A stretch of DNA of 64,000 bases, from contig JAWKUX010000014.1 of the NCBI GenBank assembly GCA_041398325.1, positions 20,596 through 84,595 on the forward strand, read 5' to 3'. Below are positions 28,134-38,294 of the stretch, in pieces. Origin of the DNA: Hyphomonadaceae bacterium (lineage in GTDB: Bacteria; Pseudomonadota; Alphaproteobacteria; Caulobacterales; Aquidulcibacteraceae). The translations under genes and the position numbers were made by a program. Each line of letters opens with the position of its first letter. The stretch's first letter is position 1. The notes beneath the pieces were generated by a model. The model searched no databases. It worked only from the letters and a program-made list of their open reading frames with translations, and had not been told where the DNA came from.

Positions 28134-28495
28134 GTCGTCTGGTATCCGAACATCGGCCGCATCTCGCAGACGCCCTCCCATTCGGGCCAGTGTGTGCGGT
28201 GCAGCTCCATGAAGCTTTCGAGCGAAGCGAGTGCTTCTTCGCGCGTGGCGAACTCGAAGATGGCGAAGCCGCCGAGCACTTCCTTGGTTTCGGTGAAGGG
28301 GCCGTCAGTCAGCTTGAGTTTGCCGCGCCGGGATTCCATGCGGGTGCTGCCCATAGCGGTGGGCATGAGTCCGCCGCGCGCAATCATCCGGCCCGCAGCC
28401 ATCTCTTGTTCGGTGAGCTTTTCGATCTCATCGATCATGCGCTGCGGCGGCACGAGGCCAGCTTCGGGGCCGGACGTGAGAAACATGTAGCGCAA
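28130..28495 (-). CDS. YciI-like/DGPF domain protein
   Basis: LTDGPFTETKEVLGGFAIFE (DGPF motif). TTG start with AAGGA RBS (alternative ATG 28486). Confidence 0.7.
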   Translation of the reverse strand: MRYMFLTSGPEAGLVPPQRMIDEIEKLTEQEMAAGRMIARGGLMPTAMGSTRMESRRGKLKLTDGPFTETKEVLGGFAIFEFATREEALASLESFMELHRTHWPEWEGVCEMRPMFGYQTT

Positions 28496-28636
28496 GGGTG
28501 ATCCTTTCAGGCTTGGCCGTGGGCGGCGCTGACCGGAGGACGAAAGCGTGTATCAAAAGCCGACGTTTCATTTCTGGACTTATCCACAGGCGTCGCTTGG
28601 AACAATCCGGAAACCCGAATCGAGCTAGGACAACGC

Positions 28637-29665
28637 ATGGCCGAAGCAGAACGCATCGTCACCGCTGACCGCATGCCCGGGGAGGGCGCTGACCGTGCGC
28701 TCCGTCCGCAGGGGTTCGACGAGTTCGTCGGCCAGCCGCACGCCAAGGCCAATCTCAAAGTGTTCGTGGACGCGGCGCGCAATCGCGGCGAGGCGATGGA
28801 CCACGTCCTGCTGTTCGGCCCGCCGGGCCTCGGCAAGACGACGCTCTCGCAGATCGTGGCGCGCGAATTGGGTGTCGGTTTTCGCTCGACCAGCGGGCCG
28901 GTGATTGCGCGCGCCGGCGATCTCGCCGCGCTGCTGACCAATCTCGAACCTCGCGACGTGCTCTTCATCGACGAGATCCACCGCCTCGCGCCGCAAGTGG
29001 AGGAGATCCTCTATCCGGCGATGGAGGACTATCACCTCGACATCATCATCGGCGAAGGTCCAAGCGCGCGCAGCGTGCGAATTGATCTGGCGCCGTTCAC
29101 ACTGATTGGCGCGACAACTCGTGCGGGCATGCTGTCGACGCCGCTCCGCGATCGTTTTGGCATTCCTGTGCGGCTAGAATTTTACGGGCCGGACGAATTG
29201 CTCGGCATCGTGACGCGCGGCGCTGCCAAACTCGGCGCGCCGATCACGCCGGAAGGCGCGATGGAAATCGCCAAGCGCGCGCGCGGCACGCCGCGTGTTG
29301 CTGTGCGTCTGCTCCGACGGGTTCGTGACTTTGCTGGCGAGAGCGTCATTGATGCGAAAGTGGCGGATGCGGCGCTGAAGCGTCTCGATGTCGATAGCGA
29401 CGGGCTGGATCTGTTGGATCGGCGCTATTTGCATGCGCTGGTTGAGACGTATTCAGGCGGGCCAGTCGGCGTTGAAACGCTGGCCGCGGCGCTCGCCGAA
29501 GCGCGCGATGCGCTGGAAGACGTGATCGAGCCTTACTTGATGCAGCAAGGCTTCGTTATGCGCACACCGCGCGGGCGCGTCGCCGCGCCGAAGGCCTATG
29601 AGCGCCTGGGCAAAAAGCCGCCGAGTGCTCCGCCGTCGAGTGGGAGCTTGTTCGGGGAGAAGTGA
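28637..29665 (+). CDS. ruvB: Holliday junction branch migration ATPase RuvB
   Basis: Walker [11 protein letters not shown], Walker [10 protein letters not shown], sensor/arginine finger regions. Confidence 0.95.
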   Translation: MAEAERIVTADRMPGEGADRALRPQGFDEFVGQPHAKANLKVFVDAARNRGEAMDHVLLFGPPGLGKTTLSQIVARELGVGFRSTSGPVIARAGDLAALLTNLEPRDVLFIDEIHRLAPQVEEILYPAMEDYHLDIIIGEGPSARSVRIDLAPFTLIGATTRAGMLSTPLRDRFGIPVRLEFYGPDELLGIVTRGAAKLGAPITPEGAMEIAKRARGTPRVAVRLLRRVRDFAGESVIDAKVADAALKRLDVDSDGLDLLDRRYLHALVETYSGGPVGVETLAAALAEARDALEDVIEPYLMQQGFVMRTPRGRVAAPKAYERLGKKPPSAPPSSGSLFGEK

Positions 29666-30468
29666 TGCCCTCGCCAACGGTCAACAACTATCTCGATCAG
29701 GTTCGATTCCGAGCCCAGAACGCGGAAGCGGAGTTTGAAACGGCCGTCAAGTCGTTGCACGGTAGCCAAGCGGCAAAGGGGCTGCTGCGTTCGGGCGCAA
29801 CGATCAAGAAATCCTTGGATTTGCTTGCGGCCGATTTCGATAGACTTACTGATGAGTTGCTAGCGTACTTAGCTAAGACGCTTTCACGCACTGAGCTCGA
29901 TCGCTCTGAATTGCTAGGCCTGACAGCGCAAATACTACAGTCATCCAAGGCCGCATTCTCGGCACTGATACGGCCCGCGCTGCTTCGTTCATTTGCTCCG
30001 TCGAAAAGCATTGATGCCGTGATTGACGCCGGTATCGCTTCGGTGGGTCAGCGGCTGACGCTACGTCTCCAAGAATTCGCCTTCGGCCTAGATGATCACA
30101 CTCCAACATCGAAGGATTTTGCCGTGACCAACAACATCAACATCGGCTCCAACTTCGGTAATGTTCAGCAAGGCACGCGCGATTCATCTCAGACCATGAC
30201 GGTCTCGCTAGATGCCGGCGCGATCAAGGTTGCGCTTGAGCAATTTGATGTCGCGTTGGCAGGCCTCCCTGAAAGTGAGCGCGCGAAGATGATGCCCGAT
30301 CTGATTGCCTTGAGGGCTCAAGCTTCCAAGCCCTCATTGTCCGAGAGCGTTGTCAAAGAGATCGGTAAGAGTCTGAGAGGAGTGGCCGAAGGCATCGCGG
30401 GTAACTTGGCTACTCCAGCCTTTGTGACCGCGTGTGCGGCGTTGTGGTCGGCGCTGGGGATTGGCTGA
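29662..30468 (+). CDS. Hypothetical protein P1 (268 aa, low GC), paralogous C-terminal motif with P2
   Basis: ATGA overlap with the ruvB stop. GC ~52%. Motif [27 protein letters not shown]. Confidence 0.55.
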   Translation: MMPSPTVNNYLDQVRFRAQNAEAEFETAVKSLHGSQAAKGLLRSGATIKKSLDLLAADFDRLTDELLAYLAKTLSRTELDRSELLGLTAQILQSSKAAFSALIRPALLRSFAPSKSIDAVIDAGIASVGQRLTLRLQEFAFGLDDHTPTSKDFAVTNNINIGSNFGNVQQGTRDSSQTMTVSLDAGAIKVALEQFDVALAGLPESERAKMMPDLIALRAQASKPSLSESVVKEIGKSLRGVAEGIAGNLATPAFVTACAALWSALGIG

Positions 30469-30471
30469 GCT

Positions 30472-31071
30472 ATGGTCGCTTCAGTCTACCATCGCTTAGC
30501 TGCGGACGTCTTTGCGGACGCAGATCGATTGGATCGCGAATACATCACGCGATGGTTCATGGCGTTCGCATCGAAAAAGCCACTCGAAATCGAACATCCT
30601 CGTACCGGCCGGTTTCATGTCGGAGGTTTCGCTTTCGGCGGTGACCTAGTTATTCGGTATGACCAATTCACGCGGACCATCATCGATGATTTTGTCGAGC
30701 GTCATCTTCGCGCTTGCGAGGATGGCCTCGAGGCCGTGCCCGATGCAAAGTTGGGTGCAGCGGTCCCAGAGTTTGCGGGGATGATTTTCTCTGCTGCAAC
30801 TCGACTGTCGGATCGGCAGGGCAAGTTGAAGCGCAGATTGTTGCGTGGATCCGGATCAGACTGGGCGCCTCTCTTTGAGCATGGCATGGACAGCATGATG
30901 TCCCGACTTGCGACGAAGGTCGATGAACTCAGGGTACTACGCGGCGCGGCAGGCGTCTCCAACACCGTGGTGATCGGGGCCAATTTTGGTGCCGTCCAGG
31001 TCGGAACGGTTGCTTCAAGCCAAACGCAGCGGACCATCACTCACGATCCGGCAGACCTCGGCGAGAATTGA
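30472..31071 (+). CDS. Hypothetical protein P2 (199 aa, low GC), shares C-terminal motif with P1
   Basis: Begins 4 nt after the P1 stop. Motif TVVIGANFGAVQVGTVASSQTQRTITHD. Confidence 0.55.
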   Translation: MVASVYHRLAADVFADADRLDREYITRWFMAFASKKPLEIEHPRTGRFHVGGFAFGGDLVIRYDQFTRTIIDDFVERHLRACEDGLEAVPDAKLGAAVPEFAGMIFSAATRLSDRQGKLKRRLLRGSGSDWAPLFEHGMDSMMSRLATKVDELRVLRGAAGVSNTVVIGANFGAVQVGTVASSQTQRTITHDPADLGEN

Positions 31072-31312
31072 AGTCGGGCGCGCGAGGCTCGCGTATCAGA
31101 CGCACGCCATTCGCCTGTCCCGTGTGCCGCCTTTCGCGCGCGCGATCTGCCTTGCAGTGTTTCGTTATAACGGCGCTGGCGCGGTTTTCGTGTCCGATTT
31201 TCGAACGAAATCGGCGCGTCATCTCTCAAACTCCAGCGACGCGCGCCTACATCGAATCTGTAGGCCGGCTGCCAGTGTTTGAGGTTTGGCAATGGCGAGA
31301 GGGAAAGGCTAG

Positions 31313-32689
31313 ATGTCCGAATTGCTCGACGTCGTCTCAGGCGCGTCATTGCTCACGATCATCGGCGCGCTGATTGCGCTGTTCGTTATTGTCTCGATCC
31401 TGCTGCGCGTGGTGGTGCCCACCAACATGGTGCACACCGTTCAATCGAGGCGCAAGACCACCTCCTACGGCGCGGGGCAGAAGGCCGGAAACGTCTATTA
31501 TAATTGGCCGAGCTGGGTGCCGCTCATCGGCATCACGCGCATCATTCTGCCGGTCAACAACTTCGAACTCTCGCTGACGGGCTACGAGGCCTACGACAAA
31601 GATCGTGTGCCGTTCCGGCTCGATCTCACCGCGTTTTTCCGCATTGCGGACACTAACGTTGCCGCAGCTCGCATCGCCAACATGAAAGAGCTTGTGGCGC
31701 AGCTGCACTTCATCGTGCAGGGCGCGGCGCGGAAAATTCTGGCGACGCACGACATCCACCAGATCATGGTCGATCGCGCGACGTTCGGTGCGCAGTTCAC
31801 GCAAGAAGTTGCGACGGAATTGGCGAACTGGGGCGTCGAGCCGGTCAAGAACATGGAACTCATGGATGTACGCGATGCCGAGGGCTCACGCGTCATCGCT
31901 GACATCATGGCGATGAAGGCGTCAAACATCCAGATGACGAGCCGCATCGAAGTCGCAAACAACATGCGAGCGGCGCAGACGGCGGAAATCGCCGCGCGCC
32001 AGGAAGTCGAAGTGCGTGAGCAAGAAGCGCAGCAGGTCGTGGGCCAGCGCACCGCCGAGAAAGACAAGCAGGTCGGCATCGCCACCGAAAAGGCCGCGCA
32101 AGAAGTGCAGGCGGAAGCCGCGGTCACCCGCGAGCGCGAAATGCAAGTCGTCCGCGTCGCGACCATGCGCCAAGCCGAGATCACCAAAGACCAGCAAGTC
32201 GTCGCGGCCACGCAAGATAAGGAAACCACGATCCTGCGCGCCGATGGCGACCTTCAAGCCACCAAACTTTCGGCCGAGGGCATCCGTGTTGAGGGCAACG
32301 CCAAGGCCGACGCCGAGAAGGCGCTGCAGCTGGCGCCGGTCGCAGCGCAGATCGAGCTCGCGCGTGAGATTGGTCAGAACGAGGGTTACCAAGCCTATCT
32401 GGTCTCGATCCGCGGCGTCGAAGCCTACACGCAAGTGGGCGTCGAACAGGCGAAGGCGATCGCAGAAGCGGACGTGAAGGTGATCGCCAACACCGGCGAC
32501 ACCGTGCAGGGCGTGCGCGACGCGATGGGGCTCATTTCCCCACGCGGTGGCACCGCGATCGGCGGCATGCTCGAAGCGCTGAAAAACACGCCAGAAGGCG
32601 CGGCGCTGCTCGAACGCATTCTCCGCAGGGAAGCAGCTGCCGCGGCGACGTCCCCAAGTGCGCCTGCGGCATCGGGTGATAACGTCTAG
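31313..32689 (+). CDS. SPFH/band-7 (flotillin-like) protein
   Basis: N-terminal TM helix, SPFH domain and a long Ala/Glu/Gln coiled-coil (flotillin/YqiK-like). GAGGGAAAGG RBS. Confidence 0.85.
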   Translation: MSELLDVVSGASLLTIIGALIALFVIVSILLRVVVPTNMVHTVQSRRKTTSYGAGQKAGNVYYNWPSWVPLIGITRIILPVNNFELSLTGYEAYDKDRVPFRLDLTAFFRIADTNVAAARIANMKELVAQLHFIVQGAARKILATHDIHQIMVDRATFGAQFTQEVATELANWGVEPVKNMELMDVRDAEGSRVIADIMAMKASNIQMTSRIEVANNMRAAQTAEIAARQEVEVREQEAQQVVGQRTAEKDKQVGIATEKAAQEVQAEAAVTREREMQVVRVATMRQAEITKDQQVVAATQDKETTILRADGDLQATKLSAEGIRVEGNAKADAEKALQLAPVAAQIELAREIGQNEGYQAYLVSIRGVEAYTQVGVEQAKAIAEADVKVIANTGDTVQGVRDAMGLISPRGGTAIGGMLEALKNTPEGAALLERILRREAAAAATSPSAPAASGDNV

Positions 32690-33271
32690 CTAGCGTTCCA
32701 ACCCGGCGATGAGCAGGTCGATCAACGCATCGAGTTGCTTCAGATCGGTGGCGCCTGCGTCGAGCGCCACCATCGCTGGGTGGTGGAAGCGCGACGTGGC
32801 GTGCAGCAAGAGGCCGGCGCTCTTCTCAGCATCAGCAATGCGCCACGCGCTTTCGCGCACACCGTCTCGCAGGATCTCTGCTACCTCTTCGAGCAGATGC
32901 GCAACGTGGGCGGCGACGACGGTATGAGCGTCGTCGGTGATCGAGCGGTAGACGGCGAAGAGCTCTGGGTCTTCGAGCACCTTCTTGCGCTTGATCTCTG
33001 CGAGCGTGCGCAGCCAAGCCTTCAACCGCTTCGGCGCCGGTGTTTTCTTGTCCGCCGTTATCTTTGAGAGCGGCGCCATCACGTTGGCAAGCCAGCGTTC
33101 GGCCACCGCATCGAAGAGGGCGGTCTTGGAGGCGAAGTGTTTGTAGACGTTGGAGTGGCTCATATCGAGGGCGCGCGCGACGTCCACGACACCCGTCTTG
33201 GCGGGGCCGTGGCGTCGCAGCGTTTCGACGGTGGCGTCGAGAATGCGGTCTCTGATTGAATCAGTGCTCAC
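32690..33271 (-). CDS. TetR/AcrR family transcriptional regulator
   Basis: HTH: KTGVVDVARALDMSHSNVYKHFASK. GTG start inferred (RVSTDSIRDRILDAT). Confidence 0.7.
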   Translation of the reverse strand: MSTDSIRDRILDATVETLRRHGPAKTGVVDVARALDMSHSNVYKHFASKTALFDAVAERWLANVMAPLSKITADKKTPAPKRLKAWLRTLAEIKRKKVLEDPELFAVYRSITDDAHTVVAAHVAHLLEEVAEILRDGVRESAWRIADAEKSAGLLLHATSRFHHPAMVALDAGATDLKQLDALIDLLIAGLER

Positions 33272-33290
33272 GCGCGGAGTGATGCCTCCC

Positions 33291-34280
33291 TCATCGTTCG
33301 CTGTCGAGCATCGCCATCTGCTCGACGGCGTAACGTGCGCCAGCGACGGCTTCTGGTGGGGCGGATGCGTCGATGCGCTTGAGGTCCTCTGGCGAGAGCG
33401 TGACCGTAGCCGCGCCAAGCGCCTCGGCCAGGCGTTCGCGCTTGCGGGCGCCGATCAACGGCACAATGTCGTCGCCGCGCGAGGCAACCCAGGCGATCGC
33501 CAGCTGTGCGACGGTGCAGTTTTTTTCATCCGAGATCGTCTTGAGCGCGCGGACGAGCTCGAGGTTCTTGTTGAGATTGTCGCCCTGGAAGCGGGGCGAG
33601 TGGGCGCGGAAGCCGCTGATCGAACCGCCACCGAGGGCGCTTTCGCTGATCAGACCGCGTGAAAGCACGCCGTAGGCGGTGACGCCGATGCCGAGTTCGC
33701 GCAGCACCGGTAGAATTTCGCGCTCAACGCCGCGGGTGATCATCGCGTACTCGATCTGCAGGTCGACGATTGGATGGACGGTGTGAGCGCGGCGGATGTT
33801 ATCGGCGCCAGCTTCGGAGAGCCCGATATGACGGACGTATCCTTCCTTTACGAGGTCGGCGATGGCGCCAATAGTGTCTTCGATCGGGACGAGCGGTGAG
33901 ACGCGGGCGGGGCGGTAGATATCGATGTAATCGGCGCCGAGGCGCTTCAGCGAATAGGCGATGGCGGTCTTGGTGGCGGCGGGGTCGGAGGCGAACCCAA
34001 GGAAATCGCCGTTGGGGCCGCGCTGGGCGCCGTACTTCACGCTGAGCAGGTACTTGTCGCGGTTCACACCTTTGAGCGCCTCGCGCAGCAGCATCTCATT
34101 GTGGCCCATGCCGTAGAAGTCGCCTGTGTCGATCAGCGTGACGCCTGCTTCGATCGCGGCGTGAACGGTGGCGATGGATTCCTGTTGGTCAGCAGGACCA
34201 TAGAAGTCCGACATACCCATGGCCCCGAGGCCGATGGCTGAGACGGTGGGGCCAGTTTTTCCGAGACGGCGTGTGCGCAT
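33291..34280 (-). CDS. Aldo/keto reductase
   Basis: [24 protein letters not shown] and AKR signature regions. AAGGAG RBS. Confidence 0.85.
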   Translation of the reverse strand: MRTRRLGKTGPTVSAIGLGAMGMSDFYGPADQQESIATVHAAIEAGVTLIDTGDFYGMGHNEMLLREALKGVNRDKYLLSVKYGAQRGPNGDFLGFASDPAATKTAIAYSLKRLGADYIDIYRPARVSPLVPIEDTIGAIADLVKEGYVRHIGLSEAGADNIRRAHTVHPIVDLQIEYAMITRGVEREILPVLRELGIGVTAYGVLSRGLISESALGGGSISGFRAHSPRFQGDNLNKNLELVRALKTISDEKNCTVAQLAIAWVASRGDDIVPLIGARKRERLAEALGAATVTLSPEDLKRIDASAPPEAVAGARYAVEQMAMLDSER

Positions 34281-34328
34281 GTGTGTGCTCCTTGCTGAGG
34301 AGCCATATCGCGCCTGAAGTAACAAAAG

Positions 34329-34733
34329 TCAATTCCTGTTACTTGTAGCATGTTCTTGTTGCAGCATTTGCCCGAGCTTCTTCGGCGCCACCGCAATGTA
34401 GCTCTGCCGCAGCCAGCCTTTCAGGGTGTCCATTTCGGCCAGGATGTTGTCCTCGGGCCCGAAGTGCGCCGTCACCCAATTGTGTTGCTTGAACCAGCCG
34501 CGCGCGGGGCGGACGAAGGGGAGCTCTTCGGCCATCTCCGCCGAGATCGGCAGCTTCATGATGATGGTGAGCGCGTCGAGGGGCTCGGCCTTGGCGCCGA
34601 ACACCGCGAACATCTTCTTGCGCATGTATAGCCCGCGCGCCGGCGTCCAGGCTGGGCCGGCGCTTGTCGAGGGAAAGGTGAGACCAAGCTTCGTAAGCTC
34701 GGCTTCGGCGTGCTCGTGCGGTGTTTGCGGCAT
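34329..34733 (-). CDS. MmcQ/YjbR family protein
   Basis: 134 aa. Family assignment from sequence memory (KKMFAVFG...). Confidence 0.5.
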   Translation of the reverse strand: MPQTPHEHAEAELTKLGLTFPSTSAGPAWTPARGLYMRKKMFAVFGAKAEPLDALTIIMKLPISAEMAEELPFVRPARGWFKQHNWVTAHFGPEDNILAEMDTLKGWLRQSYIAVAPKKLGQMLQQEHATSNRN

Positions 34734-35023
34734 TGCGAGAGTTTAGCACTGTCGCGCGCGTCCCGCGCCTAGTGGTGATCGGCGACGCGGATCTTGTCTT
34801 TGCGGCGGTTCATTGCCCGCGCAACCTTCATGGTGTCCGAGGTGGCGTCGGCGACGAATGTCAGGGCGATGGCTGAGACAGCGATGATGGCGGCGAGTTC
34901 GAGCATTATTGGCCTTCGCTAGCGGAATTCTTGAGGATCGCAACGGCCTGCCCGCGTGAAAGGTTCCCAAAATGACGTGGCGGCAGTGGTGCGGATCGGA
35001 AAAATCTGAGACATGCCAATGTC

Positions 35024-35818
35024 ATGTCTTCATTGCGCGCGGTTTTGGAAACGCTCATCCCGGAGGGCGATGCCTTTGTCATCGATGCACCGGAAGACTG
35101 GTCGCAGGGGCGCACGCTCTATGGTGGCATGACCGCGGCGCTGGCCTTTGAGGTGGTGCGGCGCACCCAGACGGGGCTTGGGCCGCTGCGTTCCGCGCAG
35201 CTGACATTTATCGGTCCCGCGTCGGGGCGCTTGCGCTTCACGTCGACGCTTCTGCGTCGCGGGAAGTCTTCGGCGCTCATCGCGGCCGAGTGCTTCAACG
35301 AAGATGGGGCGGCGGCGCGGGCTGTGTTCGTGTTTGGCACCGTGCGCGAGAGCAAGGTCTCGCACAGCTTTCTTCCGATGCCCAGTGTGCCTGCGCCAGG
35401 CGACGTCCCAGGCTTCCGCAAGGAAGGCGGCAACACACGGCGTGGCTTCTGGAACAACTTCGAAACGCGCTTGGCTGCGGGCGGACGTCTCTTCGATACG
35501 AGCGCCGAGCGCCCGGAGTTTTGGACGTGGACCCGTTTCCTAGACACCGGCGGCGCTGATCCGACGACGGCGCTGCTGGCGATCGCCGATTGTTTGCCGC
35601 CGGCGGCAATGGTGTTGTTTCCGGAGCCTGCGCCAATCAGCACGATGACGTGGATGGTCGACATCGCGCACGTGCCGGAGAGCCTCGATGGCTGGCATCT
35701 GCTGTGGGCGTCGAGTGAGCATGCTGGCGAGGGCTACTCGCTGCAGAACATGGCGATGTGGAGTAGCGGCGGCGATCTCATTGCCACCGGCCGCCAAATG
35801 GTGGCGATCTTCGCTTAA
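35024..35818 (+). CDS. Thioesterase-like superfamily protein (TesB/4HBT_3-like)
   Basis: 264 aa. Double hot-dog-like organisation. ATG at 35024. Confidence 0.65.
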   Translation: MSSLRAVLETLIPEGDAFVIDAPEDWSQGRTLYGGMTAALAFEVVRRTQTGLGPLRSAQLTFIGPASGRLRFTSTLLRRGKSSALIAAECFNEDGAAARAVFVFGTVRESKVSHSFLPMPSVPAPGDVPGFRKEGGNTRRGFWNNFETRLAAGGRLFDTSAERPEFWTWTRFLDTGGADPTTALLAIADCLPPAAMVLFPEPAPISTMTWMVDIAHVPESLDGWHLLWASSEHAGEGYSLQNMAMWSSGGDLIATGRQMVAIFA

Positions 35819-36546
35819 GTGTAGCGCTTGCTTGTCCGCTGTTCTCCGATATCAGGCGCTTGTGTCTCAGCGCCAGCATAGCCGGTGAGTCGGTCGGCGA
35901 CGAACGAATTGCTTTGGCGTTCCTGGCCGAACGTTGATGTCGGACCGTGACCGGGGACGAACGCGATATCTTCGCCAAGCGGCCAGAGTTTGCTGGTGAT
36001 TGAGTTGATGAGATCGCCGTGATTGCCACGCGGAAAGTCGGTGCGGCCTATTGAGCCGGCGAACAAAACGTCGCCAACGAAAGCAATCTTCAGCTCCGCG
36101 TTGTGAATGACAACGTGGCCGGGCGTGTGCCCCGGCGTATGCGCGATACCGAACCTCACGCCTTCGAAGTCGAGGGTCTCGCCATCCTCGAGGTAACGAT
36201 CCGGCGTCACGTTGCGCAGACCGGCGATGTTGTAGCGCTTTGCGCCTTCTTCGATGAGATCGAGCCAGAACTGGTCGTCGCGATGCGGGCCCTCTACGGC
36301 GACGCCGGTGCGTTCACGCAGTTCAGCCGCCGCGCCGGCATGATCAAAGTGGCCGTGGGTCAGCCAGATGCGCGTGAGGGTGAGGCCGAAATGCTCAAGC
36401 GCGCCGAGTAGGCGATCAATGTCGCCGCCCGGATCGACGAAAGCTGCATTCTTCGTCGTCTCATTCCAGATGAGCGAGCAATTCTGCTGCAGTGGCGTCA
36501 CCGGGATGATGCGGACTTGTAGCTTCGGCTGATCTTCGCTCACCAC
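35815..36546 (-). CDS. MBL-fold metallo-hydrolase (GloB-like)
   Basis: THGHFDHAG metal-binding motif and HTPGHTPGH. GTG start overlapping the SDR stop. Confidence 0.8.
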   Translation of the reverse strand: MVSEDQPKLQVRIIPVTPLQQNCSLIWNETTKNAAFVDPGGDIDRLLGALEHFGLTLTRIWLTHGHFDHAGAAAELRERTGVAVEGPHRDDQFWLDLIEEGAKRYNIAGLRNVTPDRYLEDGETLDFEGVRFGIAHTPGHTPGHVVIHNAELKIAFVGDVLFAGSIGRTDFPRGNHGDLINSITSKLWPLGEDIAFVPGHGPTSTFGQERQSNSFVADRLTGYAGAETQAPDIGEQRTSKRYT

Positions 36547-37202
36547 GGCAACTCCTCGCCGGTGCCTGCGTGCGTAAAGCGGCCGCTGCTTTCGAGCTTC
36601 AGCGCATCCATGCGCTGAATGATGCCGCGTACGGAATCTTCGGCCGGGATGCCGTTTCGTCCCGTCATTTCGGTTGCCACCATGCCGGGATGGAAGAGAC
36701 CCACAGCGATCCCACGGCTCTTCAGATCGCGCGCGAGTGACATGCCCGCGGCGTTCACCGCCGCTTTCGACATACGGTAGCCGTAATAACCGCCTGAGCC
36801 ATTGTCCGTGATTGAGCCCATGCGACTCGTGATGATGACCACCTTCGAACCTTCGCTGAGCAGGGGCAGCAACGCGGTTGTTACGCGCAGCGGACCGAGC
36901 GCGTTCACATCGAGCTGCTGCGCGATCGACGTGAAGTCCATGCCGGCGAGGTTCTCCATGCGCAGAATGCCGGCATTGTTGATGATGGTATCAAGCGATG
37001 CGCCGTTCAGGCGTCGGGCGAGGTCCGCGACGGACTCGCCGCTGCTCACTTCGATGCCGGACTCCACGCGCACGCCGAGCTCGTCGAGCTCTGGCGACGG
37101 CTTGCGGCATGCCGCAATCACATCATCGCCGCGCGCCTTCAGCTGACGCGCGAGTTCCAGGCCGATGCCGCGGTTCGCGCCGGTGATGAGGATGGTCGCC
37201 AT
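36540..37202 (-). CDS. SDR family oxidoreductase
   Basis: TGANRGIG Rossmann motif and catalytic YxxxK region (YRMSKAAV). Confidence 0.85.
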   Translation of the reverse strand: MATILITGANRGIGLELARQLKARGDDVIAACRKPSPELDELGVRVESGIEVSSGESVADLARRLNGASLDTIINNAGILRMENLAGMDFTSIAQQLDVNALGPLRVTTALLPLLSEGSKVVIITSRMGSITDNGSGGYYGYRMSKAAVNAAGMSLARDLKSRGIAVGLFHPGMVATEMTGRNGIPAEDSVRGIIQRMDALKLESSGRFTHAGTGEELPW

Positions 37203-37286
37203 GTCTCGCACTCCTTGGCGCGATACATAGCGTGAGATGCGCAAATGAAAACGGCCCCGGCGTCAACTGAGGCCGTTGCTGTTTGG

Positions 37287-37724
37287 TCAGCCGAGTTTGC
37301 CGCTCTCGACATAGCTCTTCATGCTGGAAAGGATGCGCGGCCAGCCGTTGGAGATGCCTGGCAGCACCTTGCTGTCCGGCGGGAAGCCTTCGTGGATGAT
37401 AGTGAACTTGGTGCCGAGCTCGTGCTCTTCCAGTTCATAGGTCACACGCGACGGCTTCTCGTCAATGCCTTCGGGTTTCAGATCGAAGGTCATCACCAGC
37501 CGGTTCGGTGGATCAACTTCCAGCACTTCGCCGTCATGGCTGAGCTTCGTTTGATCATCTGGGTACATGAACTCGACGCGCGAGCCGACCATCCAGTCCG
37601 ATTTCACGAAGCGCTTCCAAAATGTCTTTGTGTGTTCGCCCGTCGTGATTGCGGTCCATACCTTCTGTTTCGGCGCGCCGATATAGATGACATAGACGAA
37701 TTCAGGTTTGCTCATTTGTCCCAC
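37287..37724 (-). CDS. SRPBCC family protein (AHSA1/activator of Hsp90 ATPase-like)
   Basis: 145 aa. Typical partner of ArsR regulators. Confidence 0.7.
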   Translation of the reverse strand: MGQMSKPEFVYVIYIGAPKQKVWTAITTGEHTKTFWKRFVKSDWMVGSRVEFMYPDDQTKLSHDGEVLEVDPPNRLVMTFDLKPEGIDEKPSRVTYELEEHELGTKFTIIHEGFPPDSKVLPGISNGWPRILSSMKSYVESGKLG

Positions 37725-37790
37725 CCGTCGATGTCATGATCCGGCGCCCTGTCAGCGACCAGGTCGGGCGGGACAATCCGTTCGTCGCCG

Positions 37791-38129
37791 TCATTCACCA
37801 TTTTCGCTCTCCAACGCCTTCTTCAAGTCGAACAACGCTTCGAGGCGTCCTCGCTCGTATTTGGAGATCCAGCGTTTGCCGATCTCATGGATGGGCGCCG
37901 GGTTGAGGTAGTGCAGCTTCTCGCGGCCGCGCTTCACGCTCGCTACGAGATTGGCGCTTTCCAAAATCCCCAGGTGCTTGGTGACAGCCTGGCGGGTCAT
38001 GCCGCGGCCTTCGCAAAGTTCGCCAAGCGTCTGCCCGTTGCGCGCGAAAAGCGTGTCGAGCAGGGCGCGGCGGCTTTTGTCGGCCAGGGCGCGGAAAACG
38101 CCGTCGACGGCCTCGTCTTCGGTGTCCAC
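37791..38129 (-). CDS. ArsR/SmtB family transcriptional regulator
   Basis: LADKSRRALLDTL...LGELCEG..MTRQAVTKHLGILESANLV winged HTH. Confidence 0.8.
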   Translation of the reverse strand: MDTEDEAVDGVFRALADKSRRALLDTLFARNGQTLGELCEGRGMTRQAVTKHLGILESANLVASVKRGREKLHYLNPAPIHEIGKRWISKYERGRLEALFDLKKALESENGE

Positions 38130-38294
38130 GCATTCTTATAGGCAACCAAAAGGTTGCATGTCAACGCCTGCCGCACGGGGAATGGGCTAAGGCATGCCGT
38201 ATTGGATGGGCAAAGTGGCTCCGCGCCGGGTGATAATGCCGGCCAAGAGGTAGGCCGTGACGGGACGGATGGTAACGCTGGAGCCGCATCGGCG

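Noticed and set aside
31591-32434. Minus-strand ORFs (212 aa, 170 aa) antisense to the flotillin gene
   Set aside because: Antisense shadow ORFs of a confidently called SPFH/flotillin gene.
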